Shown: in pieces, positions 14,142 to 26,664 of the stretch | How positions within the stretch are numbered: position 1 is the first letter of the stretch | How the letters are laid out: the number at the start of each line of letters is the position of its first letter | Assembly: GCA_013239625.1 (NCBI GenBank) | Contig: MU053652.1 | Coordinates: 7,773,027-7,837,026 of the forward strand | Direction of reading: 5' to 3' | DNA length: 64,000 nt | Source: Lama guanicoe | Lineage: Eukaryota | The notes under the pieces: generated by a model | Told to the model about the DNA's origin: nothing | What the model saw: the letters and a program-made list of their open reading frames with translations, nothing else | Database searches by the model: none | Translations under genes and position numbers: made by a program

Positions 14142-14598
14142 TGAAGGAGAAATTAAAACAGTATTTTTGAGAAGGAAAAGCCGGGCTGGGCCTACTTGTA
14201 AATCTAAGGTTAACAAGTGTCAGTTTACTGATCTGAGTCCTGCTGGCCCTACTCGTAAATCTAAGTTTAACAAGTGGTTTACTGATCTGAGTTCTGTTGG
14301 GCAGGGCTAACCTGTAAATCTGAGTTTAATTAGTGTCAATAACTGATCTGTTTTTATTAGGTAAGTTCTGGTTTACTGATTCCCTGCTTCCCTTTTGTGA
14401 TACTGCTGAACTGTTCGCGCCTTATTGGCCAATATACCCCAAGCTTGTAATCTACCCTATAAAACCTCACGCACACATCTTAGAGGTGCTCAGAGCCCAG
14501 GAGCGATAGCCCCTCTGAGCCCGTCGGCGTCAAAAATCTGAGTACTCCAACCCTCCAAGTGGTGCTTGTTTCTTGGCTGGCCTGTCGTTTCTGTAACA
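14142..14598 (+). mobile_element. Young ERV solo LTR with internal ~55-bp tandem repeats, CCAAT and TATA
   Basis: TGAAGG...TAACA ends. Three copies of 'gtaaatctaag..taacaagtg..tttactgatctg' at 14188-14350. ccaat ~14429, tataaaa ~14458. CpGs retained. Confidence 0.75.
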
Positions 14599-14929
14599 CT
14601 TTATTAAACTTTATCTCATGGGAAAACAGTTAGCTACTATTAACCAACTGTTCTTTGAATGCCTAAGATTATCAGTTGTTGCTCCATCAGCGCTTGGTTC
14701 ATCCCGGAGCTAGAGTAGAAGAAAGGCAGCCTAATGCCTTGGCTTGGAATCAGGCACTTCCCAGGAAAGCCCTGAGAGGTCCAAATCGATTTCTTTCTCT
14801 GCTTTTGACTTTTCTTTCCCAGGACAATCAGTGGTCACCATCTAAAACTATGGATACACCATTTCTTCTCATGTCCCTTTCCTCTTTTAAATACCAGGCC
14901 TCCTTTGAAGCTGGCATTATGTGGCAACC

Positions 14930-15001
14930 AACGGAATCACTGTGCTGTATATCTGAAACGAACACACTATTGTAAACCAACTATACTTCAACAACAAAAA
15001 A
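14930..15001 (+). mobile_element. Short L1 3'-end fragment
   Basis: 'gaatcactgtgctgtatatctgaaac...tgtaaaccaactatacttca' plus A-rich tail. Confidence 0.75.
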
Positions 15002-15006
15002 GAGAG

Positions 15007-15531
15007 AAATCTCCACCTGTAAGGGTGTCTCCCTACCAGTACCAGGAAGAATATGTAACACTATCTTTAGGAACTTGAAACAATGCAGAAGGAAATGACT
15101 TAAATTTGCATAACAATCTTACCCTTCTTTATGGTACTTTTCCTGGTAACCTCCCATAACAGACTTCCCCCACCAACCTCTTCTGTCTTTAGCTGAAGAT
15201 GGTATTTAAGGTGGTGGGTGGCTTCCACATTTTTGGTGAGGTATTCAGTCTTTCTGGGTCTCCCCAATGTATACAGGAGGTAGATGTGTTTGTTTTCTGT
15301 TTTGTTTTGTTTTGTTTTGTTTTGCTTTGCTTGTTTTATGGAGCTACTGGGGATTGAACCCATGACCTTGTGCATGCTAAGCATGTCCACCACTGAGCTA
15401 TACCCACTGCCAACGTATACTTGTTATTAAGCTTTCTTTTTCTCCTTTTGCTCTGTCTTTTGTCAATTTGATTATTAGATCAGCCATAGAACCTAATAGA
15501 CAAGAAGAAAGAAAATTTTTCTTCCCTAACA
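15007..15531 (+). mobile_element. MER34-like ERV1 LTR (3' part) interrupted by a SINE
   Basis: 'aaatctccacctgtaagggtgtctccct' and 3' 'ttttctcc...ctgtcttttgtcaattt...ttttcttccctaaca' resemble the LTRs at 54702 and 58987. Confidence 0.65.
15288..15410 (-). mobile_element. Vic-1-like tRNA-Ala SINE with (CAAAA)n tail
   Basis: Reverse-complement SINE body 'ggggattgaacccatgaccttgtgcatgctaagcatg...ctgagctatac' with a (GTTTT)n tail on the + strand. Confidence 0.85.
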
Positions 15532-15604
15532 CAAAAATTGCGCTACACCTAAAGTAAAAGGAAGGAGTGAGGGGAACCTCATGGCCCTATATTTACATTT
15601 ACCC

Positions 15605-15752
15605 TCAGGTTTCTCATCTTTTTCACTTTTGATATTTGGGGCCACATAAGTCTGTTGTGGGAGGTTCCCCTGTGCATTGTAGGAGGTTTACCATCACTAG
15701 TCGCTACCTATTGGAAGACAGCAGGACCCTCCCCAGTTGAAAATCACTGATC
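15605..15752. mobile_element. MER20-like hAT fragment
   Basis: 'gatatttggggcc...ctgtgcattgtaggaggttta...ccccagttgaaaatcactg'. Confidence 0.6.
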
Positions 15753-16143
15753 TGCACTAAGTGATGTCTAAAACTGCTGAGGTTTTTAGAATGTAAAAGT
15801 GTGTTTCAATTGCTGATTTTGCACCATCTGTCCCTCATTTGGAAAGTCCGTTCTCTCTAAATAATGCACTGTCCTGAAGCCTGCAGCACAAGAGATGTTC
15901 ATGTTCAAGCACTCTCTGTAAAACTTAGACTCACTAATCATTCATTCAGGCTAACAACTGTCACATTAATAATAATACAATGACATCTGTTTCCTAGGGC
16001 CGCTGTAATAAATTACCATAAACTCGGTGGCTTAAAACAGCAGAAATGTGTTCTTGTAAAGAAGTGACCAGAGCAGAAAGCTTTTATACCTTTAAGATAA
16101 AGAAATCATAAATTTGTGAAGAACTGACAAGACAAAGAGGTTT

Positions 16144-16197
16144 GGACCTCGTGCATGCTAAGCATATGCTCTTCCACTTGAGCTATACTCTCCCCCA
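16144..16197 (-). mobile_element. Partial Vic-1-like SINE within an LTR/MaLR mosaic (15985-16259)
   Basis: 'ggacctcgtgcatgctaagcatatgctcttccacttgagctatactctccccc'. Confidence 0.75.
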
Positions 16198-16846
16198 CTC
16201 TTAAGTAACTAATTCAAAATAATACGCCATTTTGGGGTGGCCTGTCCTGAGCCCCAACAACCTGCAGTCTCTACTTTCTCCCTGCTCATTCTCTCTTGGA
16301 CCCACTCTAACTAGGTTTTGTCTCCATCACTCATGGAAATTGCTCTTGTCAAGGTCACCAATAACCTCCAAGTTGCCAAGTTGGTGGCCATCAGCCTCAT
16401 CTCCCCTGACCTCCTGCAGCAGGGGTGGTGGCACCCGCCCTGTGCCCTCCCCATTCCTCCTCTGTGCAGGTTTGCAAAAGCACATACTTCACTCTAAGAG
16501 TGAATCCTACATCTTTCTCCAACATATCTTTAGCAAAGCTCCTGAGGTATTTTTCATTTATAGCACACATATAACTCCTTCATTTAAAAATTTCCAATGT
16601 CTCCCGATTTCCTTTGGTTCACCTAAAAATTCCTTGTTCAAGAGCTTTTCCACATGGAGGGACAGACCATGGAGCTAGTGTCTAAACATTTGCTTCCTTA
16701 AAAGTCTAGTCTGAAGAGAAAAAGACCAGGTGTGGGCACAGGAATTCCTTCTTCAGCCTTTCCAAGGCCAGTGTTCCTAATTCCAGCTTCCTGTCTAAAC
16801 TCCCAGTCTCTTCCTCAGAGACTGACACTGAGAATATTCACTGCTA

Positions 16847-17253
16847 TGTAAGAAATTAATAAAAACCTCAATTTAGTACAGTCATGAGACCAGAAGGGGG
16901 AGCTCTCACACCCTGTGACATGGTGGAGCCCAACAGAAAGAAAGACTCCTCTCCTGGCAAGAGCTCAGCCAATGAGACCATCACAACTCAGGCAATGAGC
17001 GTTGGTGGTATAGCAGTGAGCATAGCTGCCTACCACAACTCAGCCAATGAAAAGCCACAGACTCATCATTTACTAGAGCCCTCCTAACTTCCTTTTCCCC
17101 CCTATTAAAGAGTTCTTTCCATTTATGCTGGGGACTTACACATGGCTCACCATGGCTGCAGACCTCAAACTGCAATTACAATTCTCTGCGGATTCCGATT
17201 AAACCCATTTTTGCTGGATAAATAACTGGCAGTCAATTTATTTTACATCAACA
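16847..17253 (+). mobile_element. ERV solo LTR (same family as 9025-9377) carrying a tRNA-half insertion
   Basis: TGTAAG...CAACA ends and shared internal blocks with the 9025 copy. Confidence 0.75.
16999..17035 (+). pseudogene. Tailless 5'-half tRNA-Gly(TCC) retropseudogene
   Basis: gcgttggtggtatagcagtgagcatagctgcctacca matches tRNA-Gly-TCC nt 1-37 with about 3 differences. TSD caactcag(g/c)caatga at 16984-16998 and 17036-17050. Confidence 0.85.
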
Positions 17254-17369
17254 CCTTCATTGGGAGACTGTCTCCTAAGCATGGGCGTGTGACTTTCCAC
17301 CATGCCTTCAGCAGGGCGTCCAGGTCAGAACAGAGACAGACTAGGGCAGCTATTGAAAAACAAGCACTG

Positions 17370-17560
17370 TAATCAAATCCTGGGTTCAAATCCTCACTCT
17401 GACAATTACCAGCGAGGTGATTTTAAGCAGGTTAGTAAACCACTCTGTGCTTCCATGTTCTCCTTTGTAAGACAGGGACAATAACAGTACTTATCTCATG
17501 AGGTCAATGTAAGGATGAAGTGAGACAATAGATGTCAAACCCTGGAAACAGTGCTCAGGA
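17370..17560 (+). mobile_element. MIR SINE
   Basis: 'cctgggttcaaatcctcactct...ctctgtgcttccatgttctcctttgtaag...ataacagtacttatctcat'. Confidence 0.75.
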
Positions 17561-20034
17561 CATACACAGGTAATCAGGAGAAATGTCCTCTTGCAAGAAA
17601 CTCATTATCGAAGACCCACTCAGAATATTACTTGTTAAGCCGAAAAGGAAGATGGAATCAGAGCATGGTAGAACCTTGGTGAAGCAATCCCTACATTGCT
17701 CTGCCAATGCTCATTTAAGAGTGATGGTTTCCAGTCCCTTCATGGCAAGTCCCCTTGCCTTATCCCCATTTAGAATTCAAAGCTATTGACCTTCCCTCCT
17801 TTACCAGGATCCTTTGAAGTGCAAGTTTTACTCTAATCTTTAGTGGAGCCTCAGGGCCTCAGTAATTCATCAGATCTTTTTGTTGTTTCTGATCAAACAG
17901 AATTTTTGGAGAAGGCAAAATCCCTCCTGTCAAACAGTAAACAAAGAAACTCTCATAATAGCCCAGTGTTCTCACATGGCCTCCAGCCTTAGGTGTCCTG
18001 GAATGCTCCTGATCTGTAGAAAGGCACTACACTGTCTTGAATGTGGAAAGGGGGCAATATAGTGAAAGGACAGGTTTGGTTGCTAAATATATCTGTGCCT
18101 TATAAAGTCATGATTATACCGATTATGTATTTAAAAGTGCTTTAACAGTATAGGTTGGTAGAGAGGTCAGCAATTTTTTTTTTTCTGCCCAAGGCTAGAT
18201 AGTAAGCATTTTAGGTCTTTTGGATGCAGTAAGTTTATAGTCTTTGTCTCAACTACTCAGCTCTGCCAGCGTAGGGGAAAGCAGCCACAGGCAATAAAAT
18301 TAAATCATCTGACTTAAGTAAACTATTATCAAAACTAATAGGAAGTGGAAATCTAACATATGAATAATGTCTTTACATGGTTTCAAGATATGTCTAGAAA
18401 CTAGAAAATTATAATACATATAACTTTTCTTAGTGCACATATACATTATTTTTTTTAAAAAAGAGTCGTGTTTTCTTCCATATGTGAATACTTAACTTCA
18501 TTTCAAAAATTTGACATAAGCAATTATCCTTGTTTTATAAAATAGATTGTTCCAGGCACTACCTGTTTAAATTGATTTATATGCAATCCTACCACACTTT
18601 AAATGCTCCAGAAACTCATTATTCAAAGACACCCTGGAGTGGAAAAAGAACTGACTTGAACGGGTTTTCTTCTGTTTAGTTTAACCCTATTGGGAATATG
18701 GTATACTAATTTTGCTTCCTTCCTGTCCTCAGAGCACTAGAAAAATCCTTTCATGACAGGATTTAAGCAGACAGTAGGAAAGGCAGCTCAAATTATGAGT
18801 GTGAATGAAAAATGGGCAATGCTCTCAACTGATGACAACTTTCACTTTATTTACACTTGAGAAACTTTTCCTTCGCTCCATACATATAGGTATGTTTTCT
18901 CCTTCATTACGTGGTCCTTGTTGTTGATATTCCAAATCAGTGCCTCTCCAGTCTTATTAAAAAAGGCAGGGCATCCTGGTTGCTTAACACCAAGCAGCCA
19001 ACACCCCCAACTGGGAGCAGTGTTCAGGGTTTGAAGGGCTGGTCTTCTGAGATCTTCCTTTTGTGTCTGTAGAGTCCCACCTTCCATGACGACTGGGAGA
19101 AAATGAGGGATTTCAGAAGGACCATAGAACTGTGTAACCCTCTTAAACATATTCTTCTTAGGAACTCTATTAAAAAGATAGTGTGTGTGTATGTAGTACA
19201 AAAAAGAACTCAGTGAACCAGTCACTTGCTTAACAAATGTTTCAAGTTTCCACATTCATTAGGTTGAAAAATTGCTTATTATAATTGGTTATTAAACATC
19301 TGTTGAAATAATATTAATGTACTGTGTTTAATTTGGTCATCAAAAATTTCAGCTACCATTTTTTATAATAGAAAGGGCACTGGGTTGAGAGAGAAAAAAA
19401 TTACAACTGGGGCTTCCTTCCAGCTCAACTACACATTTGATGTGCCATCGTGGACATGTCATTTGGCATCTTTGAATCTCAGTTTCTTCATCTACAAAAC
19501 AAAGGAACTGTCCTAGATTATATCTTACTTATCCTTCTCACTGTTTATGCCTTCCAAATATTAGTTATTTAAACTCATCTTTAAATTCCTGGAGATGTGT
19601 TATTAACACTAGAAAGACTATGGATAACATTATTTTATAGAAAAAAGGTGGAATTGATTTGTGATTTGTAGGCAGTTTTGTGTCAGAGTTTTGCAAACAG
19701 AAAGGGTGTTTGTGATAGGAAAATAACTGGATTGGTGCTGTGGGTGCCCAAGAGTAAAACTCCCAGATTCATGCTCCTCAGTTCCTAAAGCTATCAGTCC
19801 CTACAACTTCAGATGACATGAGCAGATTCAGAATCTATATGAAATTAAAAAACAAAAACAAAGAACTATGTCCCCAAGATACCTTATTTTACCTATTGGA
19901 TGGCATTTGTTTACATTTGTGTTTTTAATTCTAAAGGCATAAAGTGTTCTATACGGAACCCTTCTTTTAAAATGTAATAGTACACACAAGGAAATTGCAC
20001 CCATAGAATATACATCAAAGGTGAACTGTAAAAG

Positions 20035-20675
20035 TGAAAACAGACTTACTGTATGATCCAACATCCTACTCCTGGGCATATATCCAGATGAAACTCTTAT
20101 TTGAAAAGATACATGCCCATCAGTGTTCATAGCAGCACTATTTACAACAGCCAAGACATGGAAGCAACCTAAATGTTCATCAACAGATGACTACATAAAG
20201 ATAATGGGATACTATTCAGCCATAAAAAAGAATGAAATAATGCCATTTGCAGCAACATGGATGGACCTGGAGATTGTCATACTAAGTGAAGTAAGTCAGA
20301 CAGGAAAAGAAAAATGCCATATGATGTCACTTATATGTGGAACTTTAAAAAATGACACAAATGAACTTATTTACAAAACAAAAATGGCATCAGAGACACA
20401 GAAGACAAACATAGTTACCAACGGGGAAAGTGGGGGGTAAAGGGATAAATTGGGAGTTTGGGATTTGCAGATACTAATTACTATATATAAAACAGATAAA
20501 CAACAAGGTCCTACTGTGTAGCAGAGAGGAAACTGTTTTTAATACCTTGTAATAGCCTATAATGAAAAAGAATATGAAAAGGAATACACATATATACAGC
20601 TGAATCCCCACTACTGGTTCTGTACAGCAGAAACCAATACAACACTGTTTACTGACTATAATTAAAAAAAAAAAA
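20035..20675 (+). mobile_element. 5'-truncated LINE-1
   Basis: ORF 20123-20440 reads [17 protein letters not shown]...[11 protein letters not shown] (L1 ORF2 C-terminus). Poly(A) at 20664-20675. Confidence 0.93.
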
Positions 20676-20712
20676 TCCTTGGTCCACTGAAAAATCAGTG
20701 ACACTGTTTCTT

Positions 20713-21003
20713 TCTTTTTTTTCAGTTTTATATTGATTTATAATCATTTTACAATTTTGTGTCAAATTCTAGTGTTCAGCACAATTTTTCAGTCATACAT
20801 GGACATATACACACTCATTATCACATTTTTTCCTCTGTGATTCCCTGTACTATACAGTATAATCTTGCCTATCTATTCTACAATTTTGAAATCCCAGTCT
20901 ATCCCTTCCCACCCTCCGCCCCTCTGGCAACCACAAGTCTGCATTCTATGTCTATGAGTCTATTTCTGTCCTGTATATACGGTTTGTTTTTCTTTGTTTG
21001 TTT
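20713..21003 (-). mobile_element. L1 3'-UTR fragment with 15-bp TSD
   Basis: T-rich tail at the left end. TSD gtgacactgtttctt at 20698-20712 and 21004-21018. Confidence 0.85.
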
Positions 21004-23069
21004 GTGACACTGTTTCTTAATTCAGGTAATAATAGGATTTGATGGAAAGGACATCCCTCCCCATATGTGTGTATCTCGTACTAATATCGGACTAGTGTGT
21101 TACAGCATGGTTGTCCTATTAAGGTCAAAATGTGCTGTCATGCCAATCACAAGAATAGAAACTGGGATCTCATTGTAATGAAATAGTCATTTCAGTGACT
21201 ATCAGTTATCCATCAGAAAGAAACATCCTGGAGATAGAATTATAACTTGGAAGAAAAATCTAAAATGGAAAAGAAATGGAGCATCTTCCTTGCTCCATGC
21301 TGGCTCTTTTGAAGTGTTTAGAGGGTCTTGGTTAATGAAGCAAATGGGTGGTTAGTAAGGAGAGACAACCCTATGGCTGGACATGCGGGTCACACCAGGG
21401 GACTCTGAAGAGAGCCAGGGTTCTGTTCTCTGAGAAGAGCCAATCCTAGATGCTGATTGTTTATAGTAGTCTTTGGGTGGAAGTTCCCTCCAGTTTCCTG
21501 GAGCCTTAAGTTAATCATGACTTGTGCCAGAATAAGGATACATGCTGTACAGCTTAGTGATGCCAGTGGACTCTTACAGGATAAGAGAAGAGCTGGGAAG
21601 CCCAGCAGCCCCTCCCATCTGGAGACGGTCCACTGCCAAGCCTGGAGAATTAGAAAGTGATTCTGTTAAGGGAGCTGGGGAGTTTCCCTGAAGCACACTA
21701 ACGCTTTCAGCTTTTCAACAGTTATGTTACACTTTATAATTATGATAAACTTCAGATCAACTAAAATGCTCAGGGCTTTTTCAGACAGCTCAATGATACA
21801 TATACCCTAGCTGTTCAAATTATATTTCTTAACCAAAATATGAGTGCTCTCAGTTTTTCAATTAATTTTTTCCCTGAATGTTCCAGCCTGTTCCTTACAG
21901 CCACTCTTAGTTTGATTGGTTAAAGTGTTATGACCTCTCCCAGCTCTGGTCACATGCAAATTGGACAAATACGTGTTATTATATGTCTTCGATCACATCA
22001 TTTATAAAACAGATTAGTAAAACAGGGTCAAGGACAGAAACTTTCTTCATTTATTTGGCCAGCCTTGAAATGAACTCACTTAATATTACGGTGCATATTT
22101 CGTCATCATGTCCTCAAGGATCTTATAGAAGGCTTGTCAAATGCCTTTAGGTACTTAAAATACACTATGTTTAACCTCATAAACTTACTTGAAAAAGAAA
22201 AAATAGGTCAATTTGGGTTTCAAACCTATTCTGTAAAATTTTATGATTCTAAGGAATTAGTAGCTCATTGCTCATAGCTAAAGCAGAAGACATATATAAA
22301 CTAAATGAGGAATGATCCTGGTAATAATTATAAATCAGCTAATTAATTATTTTTTATCATTATTGTCAATTTCACGAAGCACTCTTTCTACGCCAGGCAC
22401 TGCACTAAGTTCTTTTATGCTTTTTCTCTTTTAATCTTCATCACAATTTCCTGATTTTATCACTTAAGGAGGCTTAGAAATGAGTGAACACTTATCCAAG
22501 GCCCACTTATTCAAGTGTGCATCTGGTCTTAAACCGACGTTTGCCTGATAGCACAATCCATGCTAGTTAGTGATGAGGGCAGAATAAGATTAACAATTTA
22601 GAATTAGACGTATGTTTGAATCTCTTCTTTACATTTTCTCCACTTTGATATCTTCCTTTGATGAACTGGAGAGCTGCCATATTATAGCCATATCTTAAAA
22701 TGGACAGTATTAATCCGGGCTTGAGTGTAATAGGGCTGCTTTGTCTTAGACACAGCCTCTGGGTGACAGTGTGGAGTGGAGAGGGGGACCCTATGGGAGA
22801 TTTTAAAGAATGAAAAAAATGTCACTTTTGGCATAGGACATCAGTTTTCTCATCTACTATTCATTGTTTTATTTTGTCCTCATAATAATCAGGTGCATTA
22901 GAAAAGATGTATTTACTAGCATCCTCATGGTAGAGAAGGAATTGGTGCTATTAATACTAAGTAATTTGGTTAAAGTCAGAGAGCATGTTGGTTGTAACTC
23001 TGGGACTAGAAATATTTGATTTCTTTTTTCTTTTTAAAGTGAGCTGTGTGTTATTTTCCTCCTTAAAAT

Positions 23070-23785
23070 CATATTTATTGAGCTATACTTTATATACAAT
23101 AAAATTCCATTTTTAAATGTACAATTCAGTGAGTCTTGTTAAATGTATACAACTGTGTAGTCATCAGTACAATCAAGAAACAGAACTGCTCCTTCTTGTC
23201 CTCTGCAGTCAGTCCCCTCTCCCGGCCCCCAACCCCTGACAACCACTTATCTGCTTTCTGTCACTATAGTTATACCTTTTCTAGAATTCCATAGAGAGTC
23301 ATACATTCTGTAGCCTTTTGTGTCTGCCTTCCTTTGATCAGCATGATACTTTCAATATTTATCCATGTTATCACACGTATCAGTACTTAGTTCTTTTTTA
23401 TCACTAAAGAGTAGTCCATTGTATACATGTACAATTTGTTCACCCATTCATCAGTCAAAGGGCATTTGGGTTTCCAGTTTCAGGCTATTATGCATAAAAC
23501 TGCTATGAACATTCCCAAAAAGTCTTTGTGGGGACATACACTTTTTCAACTTTTTCTTGAGTAAATACCTAGGAGTGGAATGGCTGAATTGTTTGGTAGA
23601 TGTGTTTGACTTTACAAGAAAGTGCCAGTTTTCCAAAATGGTGGCACCATCTTAAACTCCCACCAGCAGCGTGCGAGTATTTCAAGTGTCCTATACCCTC
23701 ACCACCACTTGATATTTTAGCCATTTTAGTGAGCATGTAGTGGTATTTCACAGTGGCTTTAATTTCCATTTCCTAGTGACTAAAC
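23070..23785 (-). mobile_element. Old LINE-1 (L1M) 3' fragment
   Basis: Degenerate ORF2-like translation MEIKATVKYHYMLTKMAKI... and L1M 3' UTR motifs. Confidence 0.8.
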
Positions 23786-24183
23786 TACTGTTTTTTTCTC
23801 ACAAGAAAGTATGGTGAGGAATAGAGATGGGAAGTTGCACCTATGTTCTCCAGCATTATGGACAAGTTACTTCAGCTCTCTACGCCTGGTTTCCTCATGT
23901 TCAAATGATGGCTGATAATAGTACCAACCTCACAGGGTGGTTGTTAAGGATTAAATGTGTTAAATACGTGAAATACAACAATATCTGGGGCTTGGTAAAT
24001 GTTTGATGAATACTAGCTGGTTGTTTTGTTGTTGTTATTGTTATCATTCTTTTTGCTCAAAAAGGAGTTGAATACTTTTGCTATGAGGTCACCAAGATTA
24101 TACAGAATCTTTCTGGAGCTGTGAGAGCTGTTATAGCTGTTTTCTAGCACTAGGGGAGAAACTGTAACAAAGAATGGTTTGGG

Positions 24184-24441
24184 AAAAACAAATAAATGAA
24201 CAAATCAAACAAAACAAAAACAAACACATGGATACAGAGAACAGAGCAGTGGTTGCCAGAGAGGACTAGGTATGGGGGAGAAGGTAAAATGGGTAAGGGG
24301 CATCAACCATATGACTGATGGATGGACACTAAATTTTTGTCTGTGAACACGCCATAGTGTATAAAGAAGTCAAAATGTAATGTACATATGAAACATATAA
24401 AGTTATAAACCAATGTTACCTCAATAAAAAATAAAAATAAA
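24184..24441 (+). mobile_element. L1 3'-end fragment with TSD aaagaatggtttgg(g)
   Basis: 'atggatacagagaacagagcagtggttgccagag...taaaccaatgttacctcaataaaaaat'. Target repeats at 24169-24183 and 24442-24456. Confidence 0.85.
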
Positions 24442-24454
24442 AAAGAATGGTTTG

Positions 24455-24581
24455 GGGTAGGGAGGGTATAGCTCAGTGGTGGAGCGCATGCTTAGCATAC
24501 ACAAGGTCCTGGGTTCAATCCCCAGTACCTCCACTAAAATAAATAAATACAACCTAATTACTGTCCCCTCTCCCCCTCCAG
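24455..24581 (+). mobile_element. Vic-1-like tRNA-Ala SINE
   Basis: 'gggagggtatagctcagtggtggagcgcatgcttagcatacacaaggtcctgggttcaatccccagtacctcc'. TSD aaagaatggtttg at 24442-24454 and 24582-24594. Confidence 0.9.
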
Positions 24582-24594
24582 AAAGAATGGTTTG

Positions 24595-25075
24595 TGTTGG
24601 GCCAACTGACGTCCTTTAAAGTCCAACGACCCCCATTTCTGTCCTCTCAGATGTCTGCCTGTGATCCCTCAACAGATAAAGCACATTCTTTACTGGGTGT
24701 GTTTGCCCTAACAAACTAATAACCCTCGGTAATGCCTAGTCTCACAACAGCTCAGGTAGGCTTGTTTCAGCCCACCTTATCACAGTCATAAACCCCATCA
24801 CCCTTCACGGACCCTAAAGCGCTTATCTCACCTACAGTCAATCAGAGACCTGTGCACAAGCCAATCAGGCACCTTGGACTCCACCTTATAAAACACCCCA
24901 ACAACTGGCCCTCACTGCTCACACAGGCGTCCCTCTCCTGTGCGGCCCGCTGTTGCCTATAGCAACATACCCTAATAAGCTCCTTTTCTATTCTCATACT
25001 TTATCCCTGGTAAATTCTTTTACCAACCCGCGTGTCACTAGCTCACCAACCAGCTGCCGTGTTGTGTCCACAACA
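24595..25075 (+). mobile_element. ERV solo LTR with 5-bp TSD GTTTG
   Basis: TGTTG...CAACA inverted termini. GTTTG at 24590-24594 and 25076-25080. Contains ccaat, tataaaa and an aataag poly(A)-like motif. Confidence 0.85.
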
Positions 25076-25835
25076 GTTTGGAATCATGTCCACGTCTCCC
25101 ATCTCCATATACCCCAGATACCAAATCCACTGGCAAGAAGCATGAGGGTGGTTATTAAGCTGATTTCCATACAGAGAATGGGGGAACTCATTTAGTGAAC
25201 CACAGGCAATGGCAATACTGGAGTTGGAAGAAAGGTAAAAGAGACAGAGGAGCAAGAGAAAAGCACGTCCTGATAGGTTTCCCAGAGACAGGGAGGGGAA
25301 GGGAAACTTAGCATGTAGAAGCTGGTTAGCCTGTGCAGACCAGTATCTAACGTCAAGTCTGGGGCAGGCGAGAGAGGCTCTGTGGACAGCCTTGGAAGGA
25401 TGGTTTGGATGAATCAGGGAAAGGAGAGAAGGATGGGGAAGAATAGAAGAAGCCAATCTACATTCAACTAAAGAGAAGATCAAGTGGGGACTGGAGAATT
25501 AAACCAGGTTTGGGAAAGGGGAAGTTGGTCATTTCTGTAGGCTGAAGATAGAATCTTTTCCCATATATTCCATTCTTCCAAATTGAGAACGAGAAGTCCC
25601 ATTATAAATGTAAGAAAGCCAGTAAATACTTCTACAGACAACACAGCAGAGGAAATCTACACACAGAGGAAACCCACATCAGTGACAGAGTGGGGCTCCA
25701 AATCTTAGGCAATTTCCCACCACCACCCTTTCCTTTGTAGCCACCAAGTTTCACAGTCTGGGTGACCTTGAGCCCCATTCCTATCCACTCTGACCTCCTG
25801 ACTTGGCCCCCAAAGCCAACCAGAACTTACATTAG

Positions 25836-26357
25836 TCATATTTTTCTAATTTTCTGTATATCATGATGTTTGACATCTGACTGAGGAGAGACTGCCCTTC
25901 CCAGGACTAGCCAATTCTTAGAGACAGCAAAGGGCTTGCTCTTTGATACACAAACCAACCAGTGCAGAGCCCTACCTCCTCTTGCCTGTACATCCAGGGG
26001 GCAACATTCTGCCTTCATCTTTCCAGGGCCAGGTACGGGCCACTAGAAAGCATCCCTATAGCCCCAAGTCTGCCGAAACTATTCAAACTAGCCAATCCTA
26101 AACTATTTACCCTGCCCTGCTTTGTGTTTCCCAGGAAAACCCCAATAAAGGCCATAGCCTACACACTCCCCAACCCACACCTATTCCTGCTTCTGCTTCT
26201 GCTTCCTGACTGACACCTGGTGTTCCTCATGTGTCTATGTGTGGCGAGCCATGCCTCTTGTTTCTAGAGAAACTGTTAACACTGAATTTTTTTTTCCAAT
26301 GGTATTGACCTCTTCATGTCGCCATTCATAAGTTAAGACCTAGACACAGAACAAACA
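25836..26357. mobile_element. Old ERV LTR (MER21/MER77-like)
   Basis: 'gatgtttgacatc...gagagactgcccttcccaggactagccaattcttagagacagcaaagg...ccccaataaagg'. Confidence 0.6.
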
Positions 26358-26664
26358 TTTCCCTACCACTCCTAGACCCATTTCGAACTTTTTCTGACTC
26401 CACTGCCCCGTCCCCACCACTTGACGTTCGGCCCCATTATCCTTCTACCTGCCCCCTCAACCTGACGCTTGGCCTTTGAGCTCTGCTTTCTTCCGCTTTC
26501 CCCAGACGGCCCCTTCCTCATCCGGCGCCTGCTCGGACGCCTTTTCAGTCTGAGGAAAAACACACGGCCTCCGTTGGGCATCCCTGTCTTCCGAACTGCA
26601 ATATCACTGCTGTGAAAAACACCTCCGGCCCGGCCCCATCCACCTGTGCTCATCACCTCGACTT

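Noticed and set aside
14188..14350. Repeat array resembling CRISPR
   Set aside because: Mammalian DNA, imperfect tandem units without unique spacers, located within an LTR.
9025..17253. Two same-family LTRs 7.5 kb apart as ends of one provirus
   Set aside because: The sequence between them holds old MIR/L2/MaLR/hAT elements and no primer-binding site or gag/pol, and the two LTRs differ substantially.
24455..24532. Apparent tRNA-Ala(AGC) genes here and at 8135, 15340, 37880 and 39745
   Set aside because: They have A-rich tails, TSDs and multiple diverged copies, so they are tRNA-derived SINEs and not tRNA genes.
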